64,000 bases of DNA. It comes from Parcubacteria group bacterium Gr01-1014_31 (GTDB lineage: Bacteria; Patescibacteriota; Patescibacteriia; Buchananbacterales; GWA2-38-13). Each line of letters begins with the position of its first letter. Positions within the stretch are counted from its first letter, which is position 1. The translations under genes and the position numbers were made by a program. The stretch covers positions 206,554 through 270,553 of the forward strand of contig VMFR01000001.1 of assembly GCA_007376135.1 (NCBI GenBank), read 5' to 3'. Below are positions 37,385 through 47,425 of the stretch, in pieces. Below the pieces are notes generated by a model. It saw nothing but the letters and a program-made list of their open reading frames with translations, did no database searches and was not told the DNA's origin.

Positions 37385-38959
37385 TTAGGTGGTATTCTTT
37401 GGCGGTGCTGGGGTGTTCACTTCGGGCGGCGCCGTGATCTCTCCGGACGGTCCGCCTTTGTTGGCCAGAGAATAGAGCATCGCTCCCGACGCCACCGCCG
37501 TCACCGCCAGCCAGTAATTCAATTCGCACGCCGGGTACCAGATGATCATCGGCACCGCCGCGGCCAGCATCATCACCACCCAGCGGCTGCCGCCGTCCTT
37601 GGAAACTTTGCGTTCCTTCATCGCCAGCATCGCGATGAGCACGGCATTGAGCGCGGCCAGTAGTCCCAGCCAGTTGGTGCAGCTGGACAGCAATCCCGGG
37701 GTCGTGGTGGCCGTACCGGTCGCCAAGGCATCCACCGGGACTACGAGCGGCTCTTCATTCTCGCCGCCAAACAGCGTGTCCGGGGCGGGAGTCGGGCTGG
37801 CTGCATCTTCGGGCGTTGCCTCCGGGGTCGGGGAATCCTGCGGGCCGCCGATGGGCGCTTCCGGCGTCGGGGTCGCGACCGGCGAGAACGATGGTTTGGG
37901 TGTCAAGGAAGGCGTCGCGGTGCCCGCCACGGCCGGCTTTGGCGCCTGCGCCGCGGGCTTGGCCGCCGGCGTCGGTTCCGGAGTGCCCGCGCCCATCACC
38001 GAGCCGCTCTGCAGCGAGAATTCCAGACGGTCGTAGGCTGCCCCTTCGCTGCCGCGGCCGTTCGATATCATAGCCGTTACATAGGTCGCAACGGTGACCG
38101 TTGACGCCACCGTTTCCGCTTTCACCGGGTACGACAGCGTGTAGCTGCCGCGGGAACCGATGGCGCCCAGGTCCCAGACGCGTTCTCGGCTGTTGTCGTC
38201 GGCAAAGACGAGACCGGACGGCAACTGCTGTGCCAGGGTCAGGTCGTAGCCGACCGAATAGCCGGTGTTGGTAATGGTCACGGTCACGTCGGTGGACTGT
38301 CCCGAACGCAGGATATCCTCATCCAGCACCGCGTTGATGGCTAGTGCCGGAAAATTGTGTTTGGGCACGACCTTCGGCGACGACAGGGGGCACAGGTAGA
38401 TGGCCGAGACGCCGCTGCCCTCGGTCAGCGCGATGTCCAGCCGGGTCGCCGCATCCAGCGTGTCCAGCGTCAGGGCGCGGATCTCGTTGGCTGTCCCGGC
38501 CGTCAGTGGAATGCCCGCCGGCATCTCGCTGTTCTGGTCGTACACCAGGATCTTGGCGCCGTCGCGGTTCGCCCCGATGAGTTCTACCACTTGCACCGAA
38601 ACGACGTTTCCGAATTCAAAACTGATGGTGCCGGCCTGGCCGTCGCCGACGCGGGCAGCCGATACCGGCCCGGTGGTGGAGGGCAACTCCGCGATGGTCG
38701 CCGTCTGGCTGCCGGAGGTATTCCACGCCGCGATGTCCACACCCCACATCCGGTACTGGTCGGTGGCGGCGTCGCCGGGTTTTAACGTGTTGCCCTCCGC
38801 GTCGGACACAAAATCCACAACCATCAAGCTGTCGCACACCGGCTCCAGGTTCGGAATGGACGTCGTGGTTTGCGCGAACGCCGAAAGAGGTGCGCTGGCA
38901 ACCAGCGCCAAAGCAAGCATCAAACTGGAAAGCGGCGCGCGCATGCGGTTGAGTTTCAT
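37385..38959 (-). CDS. Surface protein with DUF11-like domain, PT-rich stalk and C-terminal membrane helices
   Basis: Signal peptide ending AFA-Q; VTVTITNTG..LPSGLVF; three C-terminal hydrophobic segments; ATG at 38959. Confidence 0.8.
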   Translation of the reverse strand: MKLNRMRAPLSSLMLALALVASAPLSAFAQTTTSIPNLEPVCDSLMVVDFVSDAEGNTLKPGDAATDQYRMWGVDIAAWNTSGSQTATIAELPSTTGPVSAARVGDGQAGTISFEFGNVVSVQVVELIGANRDGAKILVYDQNSEMPAGIPLTAGTANEIRALTLDTLDAATRLDIALTEGSGVSAIYLCPLSSPKVVPKHNFPALAINAVLDEDILRSGQSTDVTVTITNTGYSVGYDLTLAQQLPSGLVFADDNSRERVWDLGAIGSRGSYTLSYPVKAETVASTVTVATYVTAMISNGRGSEGAAYDRLEFSLQSGSVMGAGTPEPTPAAKPAAQAPKPAVAGTATPSLTPKPSFSPVATPTPEAPIGGPQDSPTPEATPEDAASPTPAPDTLFGGENEEPLVVPVDALATGTATTTPGLLSSCTNWLGLLAALNAVLIAMLAMKERKVSKDGGSRWVVMMLAAAVPMIIWYPACELNYWLAVTAVASGAMLYSLANKGGPSGEITAPPEVNTPAPPKNTT

Positions 38960-38975
38960 AGATCGCTGAGGCAGC

Positions 38976-39008
38976 AAAAAACCTGCGCCGTTACCTGGCA
39001 CAGGTTTT
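38976..39008 (-). terminator. Terminator-like hairpin in the leader of the 37385..38959 gene
   Basis: Minus strand aaaacctgtgcc-aggtaac-ggcgcaggtttttt ending 17 nt before the ATG. Confidence 0.6.
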
Positions 39009-39656
39009 CATGTTTACAAATGAAGACTGCGGAAACAGCCGCCACACGGCAGCGTGCCCGCAAGCCTTGACCCCCTCCGCGCGGTTCACTTTTTTGTTCG
39101 AACCCGTACCGTGCTTCATGGTGTCGCGTTACGCGGCAAACGCCGCACGCTCTCCGCCGGAAGCAGTAAACAAAACAAAAAACCAAAAATCTTTCCCCCT
39201 CCGACTCCTGACTTTCCAGAGCTGCCACACGGCAGCGGGTACAAAGATTTTGGCCTTTTTGGATCTTTTGTCCTTGATTTTTCTTTTTGATTTCGCGTTC
39301 CTGCTCTACTCTAGCAGCGCCTCACATATACTGCAATAGATTTTATCCACAAAAATGCGGGGACTTACGCACAGGATGAAAACAAGTTGAGCGCAGGGGG
39401 AAAATCAGGTTACGACACACCACGAATGAATTGGCAAGGAGCGTCCGGCGCACTGTATATAGAGACGCTCGTATATACGTTTTTCGCTCGGCCGCAACCC
39501 GCCCCAAAACCGAACTTCGACCCTGGTTAAACGAGCTCAAAAAATCGGTTATTCTGAATTCCGGCTTCCCGCCAACAGCGGGACAGGCTGGGCCCGGAAT
39601 GACGCTGTAAACTCGTCACTGAGCACGGAGCACTGAGCACCGGGCACTAAAACCTC

Positions 39657-40639
39657 CTACTCCACCTTTAGCGCTTCTACCGTATACCTGTTCGATGCAT
39701 TCCACATCAGCCACCCGTCGGAACCGGCGTCGTACGCCGCCTTGAATTGGGCAAGGATTTTCTCCCGGCTAGACTCTTGTAGACAATTTCATAAGGGTAA
39801 TCCGCTGGATTGGCGTATCCTTCAAAATTATCAGGGTAGTGTGACGGGTAGACCATCGGATACACGTAATCGAAAAATCCGACAGTATCCTGGAACCGCT
39901 GACCGATGCCGAGCCCGTCATCCCGCCACAGCGTCATCCCGAAGAGGTCGACAGACGAGCGCGCCGGCAGGTACCTCATTTGCGAAGCCAGATAACGGAA
40001 GAAGTCCCGCATCGCATCGTTCTTGGTCCTCCCGGTATCCTCAAAGGAAAAATGCATCTCCTTTATCCTACCGTCGGATGGGAATCTGACGTAGTCAAAG
40101 TTGACCTCATCAAATCCTGCCTCAACCGCAGCCCTGGCGATCGCGGCATTGTAGTCCCAGACCTCCCAGCGAGATGCATCCACCCACGCCAACCCCTTGA
40201 AATCGCGCCACACGGCGCCGGACTTCGTTTTAACGGCTAAATCGAGCCGTTTTTCTGCCAAATGGGGGTCCTGAAATACCGCGATCCTGGCAATGGCGTA
40301 GATACCCTGCTTTTTCAGGCCGGAGACTATCCCGCGCAGATCCTTGATGCGCGGCTGGTAGGAACCAACCTCCTTCTCCATGGCATGCCCGGTCTCTATG
40401 AATACCCTGCCGGTGTAGTCCTTCAGGTCGATAACAACCGCGTTCAGCTCGGTCCGGTTGACCAAATCCACCAGCTGCTGAAACCTCGAGCTGTCCCCGG
40501 CGGTATACGCGGTAATGTAAATAGCCTTCACCGGTATTTCCGGAGGTTTTTCCGCTATAGTATATGAAAATAGCGGCGTCCCGCTGATGATCGCCAGCGA
40601 CAGTATTGCTTTCACCGCCATGAGAACGAATTCAAGCAT
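39657..40639 (-). pseudogene. Putative glycoside hydrolase (DUF4015-like), frameshifted near its 3' end
   Basis: VKAIYIT, ELNAVVIDLKD, ARIAVFQD, GFDEVNFDYVRFP, PMVYPSHY; the C-terminal ..AQFKAAYDAGSDGWLMWNASNRYT..* lies in another frame after about 39770. Confidence 0.75.
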
Positions 40640-41215
40640 AACGTGCTTGATTTTAGCAATTTAATGCCTTTCTTGACATGAATTTTTATGGAAAATGAGG
40701 GTGAAATATTCACACTGTGTAGTTAATTCCAAATTTCAAAATATTCAATTATATTTATTTCACAATGAAAATTTTCGTCTAATCTTAGTTCCACGTGCAA
40801 CATTACATATGAGTCGCAAAAATATCATTGACTAATTTTTTCAGTATCAGCGAACAGATCTTTCTATCTTTAATGCCTGTGGATAATTTCTCCGACTGAT
40901 ACCGTCATCCCCGCCCCCATTTTCATGAGGGTAAACTCCAGCGGGAGAATCCAGAAATCGGGTTATGTTTTTTCTGGATTCCGGCTCCGGGGCCGGAATG
41001 ACGGTTGGGCGCGAGGATGACGTGTGTTGAGATTGCCGTGCAGGACGTCATCCCGGGCCCGGCCTGTCCCGCCGTTGGCGGGAACCCGGGATCCAGAAGC
41101 AAAAAACATCGTTTCTTGGTCCCCTCTTTTGCAATGATGGCGAACGAAAATCTGAGTTGTACTTTCCCCGCTTTTATGGTAAGACAAGCAACTGTTTAAA
41201 TATCTTCTAACGCCT

Positions 41216-44200
41216 ATGGCAAATTCCGCCTGCGGTCCGGTCAAACACCAAAAACCCATCGGCTATCAGGCCGCGGCGTTGCTTGCCCATATCAAGTCAT
41301 CAACCGCCCGAAAAGTCGCGGTTTTTTTATTGCCGCTCCTGGCTGCCAACCTGGTGTTGAGCGTGGTGCCCGTCGGACGTGTCGCAGGGGTATTAGCGTA
41401 TGAAGACGAACCGGGACCGTCCTGCGCGGCGCGTTCCGTCGGATTTTTCAAAAACAATGAGGGCTGCCCGGCCGAAAGCATTTGGGCCGATGAGGTTAGT
41501 ACGCTATCGGGCGGCTACGCGGGAGAATTTTCGGGTTTGACCGGCGCGCAATTCTGCATTGACTCCAGCATCAGCGAATGCCCTGCCGGCAACACCGTTG
41601 AAGGACAGCGTTGCCGGGCCCGCGCCCACCTGCTGGCCAATGAAGCCAACGTGGTCTCCGCCCGCCTGCAGACCGATGCCCTGCTTGCCGGCGCCGACAA
41701 CGGCGATCCGGCATTCTCCGCGCTCGGCCTTTCGTCTTCGTCCACGGTCGGCCAAGCACTCGCCATTTTGGAGCAAGCACTTGCCGACGTGAACGCCACC
41801 GCCGCCCAGCTGGAAGATATCGCCACGGTGGCGGCGCGCATCTACACGTTCTACGAAAGCGAAAATACCAGCGCCCCGGCCTGCGTCATGCCCACCCCCA
41901 CGCCGACGCCGACCCCGACGCCCACGCCAACACCGGCCTGCGTGATGGAGCTAGTGAAGACCGACTCCCCGGACCCGGTTGAGCCAGGCCAAAACATTTC
42001 CTACCACCTGCGCCTGGAAAGCACCGGCACGGGGATGTGCACCGGCGGCGGCGTGGAGCTGAAGGAGTTCTACGACAGCGCAACGACGTTCGTGTCCGCC
42101 AACCCCGCTCCGACGTCCGGCAACAACCGCTGGAACTTCGGCGAGGTGCCGCCGGGCGAGGTCAACGAGGTGGACGTTATTGTCCACGTGCCCGCGACCG
42201 CCCAGGATGGCGATATCATCACCAACCAAGCGTGCTTCTGGACGCGCGAGTATAACACCTGGACCTGCGTGACGGAACAAACGACCGTCCGCGTCCCTCC
42301 GCCGCCCACCCCAACGCCTACGCCGACACCGGAACCGACCCCGACGCCGACCCCATCGCGAGCCTACTGTGGCGACGAGGTTGTCCAAACCCCCAACAGC
42401 GACGGCCAGGCCGAGCAGTGCGACGACGGCAACCTCATCAATTTCGACGGCTGCAACGTGCACTGCCAGCTGGAGCAGTTCTCCTGTCCCGCGCCGGTCA
42501 TCATTGATTTTGACCGGGACGGCAGCGGCAGCCCGATAGCGGCCGGCCAACTCCTGGATACTGAGTACGCGACCGTTGGCGTGACCATCACGGCCGCCAA
42601 CGACAACGCCTCCCGCCCGCAGATGGCGATCACTTTTGACGGCCAGAACCCAACCGGCGGCGCCGACAGCCTGGACCACGGCACGCCAAACGTTTTCTAC
42701 GGCGGCACCGGCGTCGGTGCCGGCGGCGTACCATCCAATAATGTGCCACTTTACCTGCACCTCATTATTCCAAAGAACGTGACCGACGCGAACCACGATG
42801 GCTTGGTGGACGACCCGGACGAGGACAGCGCCGGCACTGTGACGTTCACGTTCGCCGACCCGGTGAGGCCGGAGCTCATCACCCTCATCGACATAGACCA
42901 CAACGCCGGAACCCATTCCGTCAAAGGGTACCTCGGCTCCACGCTGGTCAGCACCGTGGCTATCCCCACCTACGGCGACAACAACGTCCAATACCTCGAG
43001 TTGGACAATACCCAGGAAGTCGACCAGCTGCGAGTCCGGCTCAACGACTCCTTCGGCATTGACCACCTGGTGTTCTGCCCGCAGACGCCGCCACCCCCGA
43101 CGCCAACGCCTACTCCCACACCCACCCCGATACCCACGCCTACTCCGACGCCAACGCCCACACCGACACCAACGCCGGAGCCAACTCCCACGCCAACACC
43201 TGAACCTACCCCAACGCCGACACCGACTCCTACTCCCACACCGACCCCGACGCCAGAACCCACACCGACGCCGACCCCGGAACCCACGCCAAGCCCGACA
43301 CCTGCGCCCACGCCGACACCTACCCCGCCCCCTGGTGGCGGTGGAGGCGGGGGCGGCGGAGGGGGTGGCGGTGGCCCCATTCCCAACCCCCGGTTGAGCG
43401 TTACGAAAACCTCTCCGGTCATCACCGCCTGCGCGGGCAGCACGGTTCCCTACACCATCACGGTGCAAAACATCGGTTCCTACAGCGGATTCAACCTTGT
43501 ACTCACCGACACGCTGCCCTCCGGCTTCACGTTCGGCACCTCTACCGCCGGGTCGTTCCAGCGCAGTTTCGGCAACGTCGCGCCGCACGAAGTGAAGAGC
43601 TACTCCTACACCGCGACGGTTCCGCCGGGGACTCCGAATGGCAGCTACACGAATACCGTTGTCGCGAAGATCGACAACGGCGGCCCGGCCAACAACACGG
43701 CCAGCGCCAGTTTTATCGTGAAGGTCGCCAACGCATGCGCCGCCCCCGCCCTGGCCCTGGAAAAAACCGTCGCGCAGGACTTCGTGAACGCCGGCGGTTT
43801 GGCTGACTTCACCCTCATAGTTTCCAACGTCGGTCCCGTAACGCTGACCAACGTGACGCTCGCCGATGTTCTGCCCGACGGCTTCACCGCGTCTGACGGC
43901 ACCACTTCATGGTCGCTGAACGATCTTGCGCCCGGCGCCACGAAAACGGTTCAACTGAAAGTCAGCGTCGGCGCAAATGTTGCTCCCGGCACCTATCCCA
44001 ACGTCGCGAAAGCCAAGGCCGACAACCACGCCGAAGTCGTGGACTCGGTCAGTGTGGAGGTCCGCGCGGGCCAGGTCCTGGGCACGGCTTTTGAAGAGCT
44101 GCCCGACACCGGCTCCGGGTTCACGATGCTGGCGTACTTCATCGTCAACCTCATGGCATTAGCCGCCGGTGTCGCGCTCTACCGCTGGACCAACCGCTAC

Positions 44201-44227
44201 GCCCGCCAGTACCAGCTGTGGGCATAA
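41216..44227 (+). CDS. Sortase-anchored multidomain surface protein (DUF11-like repeats, Cys-rich repeat, long PT linker, LPDTG)
   Basis: [26 protein letters not shown] repeats; C-terminal ELPDTG + TM + basic tail; adjacent sortase. Confidence 0.88.
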   Translation: MANSACGPVKHQKPIGYQAAALLAHIKSSTARKVAVFLLPLLAANLVLSVVPVGRVAGVLAYEDEPGPSCAARSVGFFKNNEGCPAESIWADEVSTLSGGYAGEFSGLTGAQFCIDSSISECPAGNTVEGQRCRARAHLLANEANVVSARLQTDALLAGADNGDPAFSALGLSSSSTVGQALAILEQALADVNATAAQLEDIATVAARIYTFYESENTSAPACVMPTPTPTPTPTPTPTPACVMELVKTDSPDPVEPGQNISYHLRLESTGTGMCTGGGVELKEFYDSATTFVSANPAPTSGNNRWNFGEVPPGEVNEVDVIVHVPATAQDGDIITNQACFWTREYNTWTCVTEQTTVRVPPPPTPTPTPTPEPTPTPTPSRAYCGDEVVQTPNSDGQAEQCDDGNLINFDGCNVHCQLEQFSCPAPVIIDFDRDGSGSPIAAGQLLDTEYATVGVTITAANDNASRPQMAITFDGQNPTGGADSLDHGTPNVFYGGTGVGAGGVPSNNVPLYLHLIIPKNVTDANHDGLVDDPDEDSAGTVTFTFADPVRPELITLIDIDHNAGTHSVKGYLGSTLVSTVAIPTYGDNNVQYLELDNTQEVDQLRVRLNDSFGIDHLVFCPQTPPPPTPTPTPTPTPIPTPTPTPTPTPTPTPEPTPTPTPEPTPTPTPTPTPTPTPTPEPTPTPTPEPTPSPTPAPTPTPTPPPGGGGGGGGGGGGGGPIPNPRLSVTKTSPVITACAGSTVPYTITVQNIGSYSGFNLVLTDTLPSGFTFGTSTAGSFQRSFGNVAPHEVKSYSYTATVPPGTPNGSYTNTVVAKIDNGGPANNTASASFIVKVANACAAPALALEKTVAQDFVNAGGLADFTLIVSNVGPVTLTNVTLADVLPDGFTASDGTTSWSLNDLAPGATKTVQLKVSVGANVAPGTYPNVAKAKADNHAEVVDSVSVEVRAGQVLGTAFEELPDTGSGFTMLAYFIVNLMALAAGVALYRWTNRYARQYQLWA

Positions 44228-44237
44228 CAATGCAGCG

Positions 44238-44918
44238 ATGAACTTCCTGCCGTCCTACCGCGCTACCCGATTCTTGCGCCGCGCCGCGGTTGCGCTCATT
44301 GTCGCCAGCTTGGCACTGCTCGCCTATCCATTCGCCGGCCGGGTGAATTTCGCGGTGGCGCAGTTGCCGATTTTGGCGCCGACGATTACCCCGCCTGCCG
44401 TTACCCCTTCCCCCGTTCCGTCCACGGAAGGGACGGTAACGCTGGCCGCATGGCTTGCTGCCCAGCAGAAACCGCAGCCCACACAACCGACCCCAACTCC
44501 GGCGACAACTCCGATTCCTGCCGGCAACCTGCTGGAGATCCCCTCCATCGGCGTGAGGATGGCGATCACCCAAGGTTTAGACAGTAAAGCCGCGCTGCGC
44601 CAAGGCGCATGGCTCATCCCGGGGACTCCGACGCCAGACCGCGGCGGCAACACCGTCCTGGGCGGTCACCGCTACCTCTACCGGCCCCCAAGCGCCAAAA
44701 CCTTCTACAACCTGGACAAGGTCAAGGCGGGCGACGCCATCACGGTCACCTGGCAGGGAAAGATCTACAACTACAAAGTCCGCGAAGTAAAAATCGTTGA
44801 ACCCTACCAGGTGGAAATTCTCGAGAACTCCAACGAGAATATTCTCACCCTCTTCACCTGCACGCCGCTGTTCACATCCAAGCAACGATTGGTGGTCATC
44901 GCCGAGTTACAGCAGTAA
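44238..44918 (+). CDS. Sortase (class D/E-like)
   Basis: LEIPSIG, GNTVLGGHRY, FYNLDKV, LTLFTCTP, RLVV catalytic H/C/R. Confidence 0.93.
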   Translation: MNFLPSYRATRFLRRAAVALIVASLALLAYPFAGRVNFAVAQLPILAPTITPPAVTPSPVPSTEGTVTLAAWLAAQQKPQPTQPTPTPATTPIPAGNLLEIPSIGVRMAITQGLDSKAALRQGAWLIPGTPTPDRGGNTVLGGHRYLYRPPSAKTFYNLDKVKAGDAITVTWQGKIYNYKVREVKIVEPYQVEILENSNENILTLFTCTPLFTSKQRLVVIAELQQ

Positions 44919-44942
44919 TCCTTGCTGCAGAGTACCCTTTCA

Positions 44943-45206
44943 CCACCTTTTGGCAGCAAAAGGTGGCCCAAAACTGCCGAGCAGGCTCCGTCCCGCCGTT
45001 GGCGGGACTCCAATGCTCGGATCGGCCCGGGCCGACGCGATGCGCCCATTGGCAGGAAAGTAGGTAAAAAATCGAGGCGAGCGAGGAGGTTCGAAATCGC
45101 GTGCTAAGGTCACTTGCGCATAGCGATTTTACGCCGAGCGAACCTGATTTTTTCTACTTTCCGAACACGGGGCGCGACTTTGGCGCCACCTTTCCTAGAA
45201 AGGTGG
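44943..45206 (-). repeat. Palindrome-bounded non-coding repeat element, copy 2
   Basis: Reverse complement of 22807..23176 with a shorter internal hairpin. Confidence 0.85.
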
Positions 45207-45225
45207 CCGGTACTATACTGAGCCC

Positions 45226-45987
45226 ATGCAGTTCAAATTTCTCCACTGCAACATCTGGAACGGCGGCATGCTGATTTCCAATCTCATCGCGTTCCTGCAG
45301 AAGGAAAAACCGGACGTGCTGGCGATGCAAGAGGTCTACAACGGCCACGACGCGACCATGGAACGGCGCTTCCGCTCCATCGAGGTCCTGCAGGAGGTGA
45401 CCGGGCTGCGTCACTTCGCGTTCGCTCCGGCATTCTCCGAAGACCTGGCCAGCTTCTCGGTACAGAACGGCAACGCCGTCCTGTCGCGTTTCCCCATCAT
45501 GAAACACGAGCACTGGTTCTACGACCGGCCCTACGACCCGCACTTCGTGGACAATAAGGTATCCTACTTCAAAACGCCGTATAATTTGCAGCACGTGGTA
45601 CTGGACCTGCCCGGCCGCAACCTGCACGTCTACAACACGCACGGCATCTGGGGCGAGCATGGCCGCGACACGGAACCGCGCCTGCAGATGGCGCAGTTCA
45701 TCCTGGAAAAAATGTCGGGTATAACACCGGCGGTGCTGTGCGGGGATTTCAACGTCAACGAAGGCACCCAGACCATCGCCAATTTGAGCGCCGCTTTGGT
45801 CAATGTGTTCGCGCCCGACCGGCGGCAGAACAGCTTTAACCTCGACCACAAGGCGCCGGGAACGGGCTATGGCACCGCTGTGGTGGACTTCATTTTCACC
45901 ACGCCCGACGTGACCACACTCACCCGCCGCCAGCCGGAGGACGACGTCACCGACCATCGTCCGCTGGTGTGCGAATTTACGATATAA
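45226..45987 (+). CDS. Endonuclease/exonuclease/phosphatase family protein
   Basis: HCNIW, DVLAMQEV, GNAVLSRFP, YNTH, LCGDFN, VDFIF, TDHRPL. Confidence 0.9.
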   Translation: MQFKFLHCNIWNGGMLISNLIAFLQKEKPDVLAMQEVYNGHDATMERRFRSIEVLQEVTGLRHFAFAPAFSEDLASFSVQNGNAVLSRFPIMKHEHWFYDRPYDPHFVDNKVSYFKTPYNLQHVVLDLPGRNLHVYNTHGIWGEHGRDTEPRLQMAQFILEKMSGITPAVLCGDFNVNEGTQTIANLSAALVNVFAPDRRQNSFNLDHKAPGTGYGTAVVDFIFTTPDVTTLTRRQPEDDVTDHRPLVCEFTI

Positions 45988-45999
45988 CCCTTTCCCTCT

Positions 46000-46260
46000 A
46001 TGGACGAAGTGAAGTTGCGCTGCCAAAGCTGCGGCATGCCGCTGGACCCGGGCTACTTCGGTACGAACGCCGACGCCAGCCAGAACCGAGAGTGGTGCTT
46101 CCTGTGCTTCAAGCAGGGAGTCTTCACCAAGCCGGAAATGACGGTGGAGGAAATGCTCCAAATGTCCATCGACCACATGATGCGGCACCTGGGATTTGCG
46201 CGGGACAAGGCCGAACAGACGGCCAAGGAAATCATCCCTAATCTGAAGCGCTGGCAGTGA
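46000..46260 (+). CDS. Zinc-ribbon domain protein
   Basis: CQSCGMPL...WCFLCF..G.FT...LKRW. Confidence 0.88.
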   Translation: MDEVKLRCQSCGMPLDPGYFGTNADASQNREWCFLCFKQGVFTKPEMTVEEMLQMSIDHMMRHLGFARDKAEQTAKEIIPNLKRWQ

Positions 46261-46306
46261 AGAGTCAGTACTCCGTACCCAGTGCTCAGTGCTCCGTACG
46301 AACATA

Positions 46307-46344
46307 AAAAAAGAAGGCGTCTGCTGGAGTGGCAGACGCCTTTT
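46307..46344. terminator. Bidirectional terminator
   Basis: aaggcgtctgc-tggagtg-gcagacgcctt with flanking A/T tracts. Confidence 0.75.
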
Positions 46345-46372
46345 CGGACCCACGGGTTCACGCCTCGGGAAG

Positions 46373-47233
46373 TTACACTGCGTCGTCCCACGCGCTGCGC
46401 AGGCCAAGCGCCCCAAGGTACGACACGTCGTCGGGGCTGCGGTACAACGGCCGCCAGATGCGGGTGGCCGCCGCCAGGTCAGGCAGCGCCTGCCCAAACG
46501 CCTCGATGGTGACGAAGCCGTCGTAGTCCGCGCGCCGCAGTACCCGGAACGTGTTGGCGAATGGCACATGGCCATGGCCCGGCACGCCACGATCGTTCTC
46601 GCTGGCATGAAAATGGACCACGGAGCCGACCACCTTCTCCAACGCCGCCACCGGGTCGCGTTCCTCGATGTTGGCGTGGAACGTGTCGTACATCATCCGC
46701 AGCCCATCATGGCCAACCAGCGTGACCAGCTCGGCAGCCTGATCGCAGGTGTTAATGAGCCAGCACTCAAAACGATTGAGCGCCTCCATGGCCAGCGTCA
46801 GGTAGGGCGAAGCGATCTCAGCGGCCTCGCGCAACGTGTCAGCCGACCAGCGCAGGCGGTCGGCGCGCACCAGGTCGTCGGGCGAACTCGCGGGGAACAC
46901 CCCGAGCGCGGAGTGGAACGGACCGCACAGGATCGTGCTGCCCAGTTTCACCGAGGTCTGGATAGCCCAGCGCAAGCGCTCGAGCGCCATCTTCCGGACC
47001 GCAGCGTCGGGACTGCTCGGGTCGGCGTCGGCCGTTGCGATGGTGACGGTCGTGCGCGCCAACCCAAGCCGGTCCAGCTCGCTGCGCAGCCGGATGTAGT
47101 CGGTGTTCGGCTGCTCCACGAGCAGCGGCACTTCGATACTCTCGAACCCATGCCGCTTGAGAACGGGAAAAAGAGGGAACTGCTCCTCAGTGACGGTGGC
47201 ACCGTAGAGCAGCATATTGAATCCGAGTTTCAT
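46373..47233 (-). CDS. Sugar phosphate isomerase/epimerase (D-psicose/tagatose 3-epimerase-like TIM barrel)
   Basis: GFESIEVP, MEALNRFE, YDTFHANIEE, HFHASENDRGVPG, TIEAF; AGGAG SD, ATG at 47233. Confidence 0.9.
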   Translation of the reverse strand: MKLGFNMLLYGATVTEEQFPLFPVLKRHGFESIEVPLLVEQPNTDYIRLRSELDRLGLARTTVTIATADADPSSPDAAVRKMALERLRWAIQTSVKLGSTILCGPFHSALGVFPASSPDDLVRADRLRWSADTLREAAEIASPYLTLAMEALNRFECWLINTCDQAAELVTLVGHDGLRMMYDTFHANIEERDPVAALEKVVGSVVHFHASENDRGVPGHGHVPFANTFRVLRRADYDGFVTIEAFGQALPDLAAATRIWRPLYRSPDDVSYLGALGLRSAWDDAV

Positions 47234-47321
47234 GCGGATTCTCCTTTCAAAGTTCTGACCTTGGGTTGAAATCGGGGCCAACCCATCCCCGTACGTACGG
47301 AAAACGATTTTCCGTTGGCTT

Positions 47322-47389
47322 ACCGTAGGCAAAATCCGAACTCTTGTCAACCCATCGGTATTGACGCCATGGTCCCGCCCTGCTATGTT
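47322..47389. promoter_or_regulatory. Divergent sigma70 promoters
   Basis: Minus TTGACA-17-TACGGT; plus TTGACG-17-TATGTT with TG. Confidence 0.5.
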
Positions 47390-47425
47390 TGCTGTGTTAA
47401 TGCGGTAATAAAGAGACCTATATCT

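Noticed and set aside
39343-40886. Replication origin (TTATCCACA at 39343 and TGTGGATAA at 40878 near AT-rich DNA)
   Set aside because: Only two isolated boxes 1.5 kb apart, with no cluster and no dnaA/dnaN.
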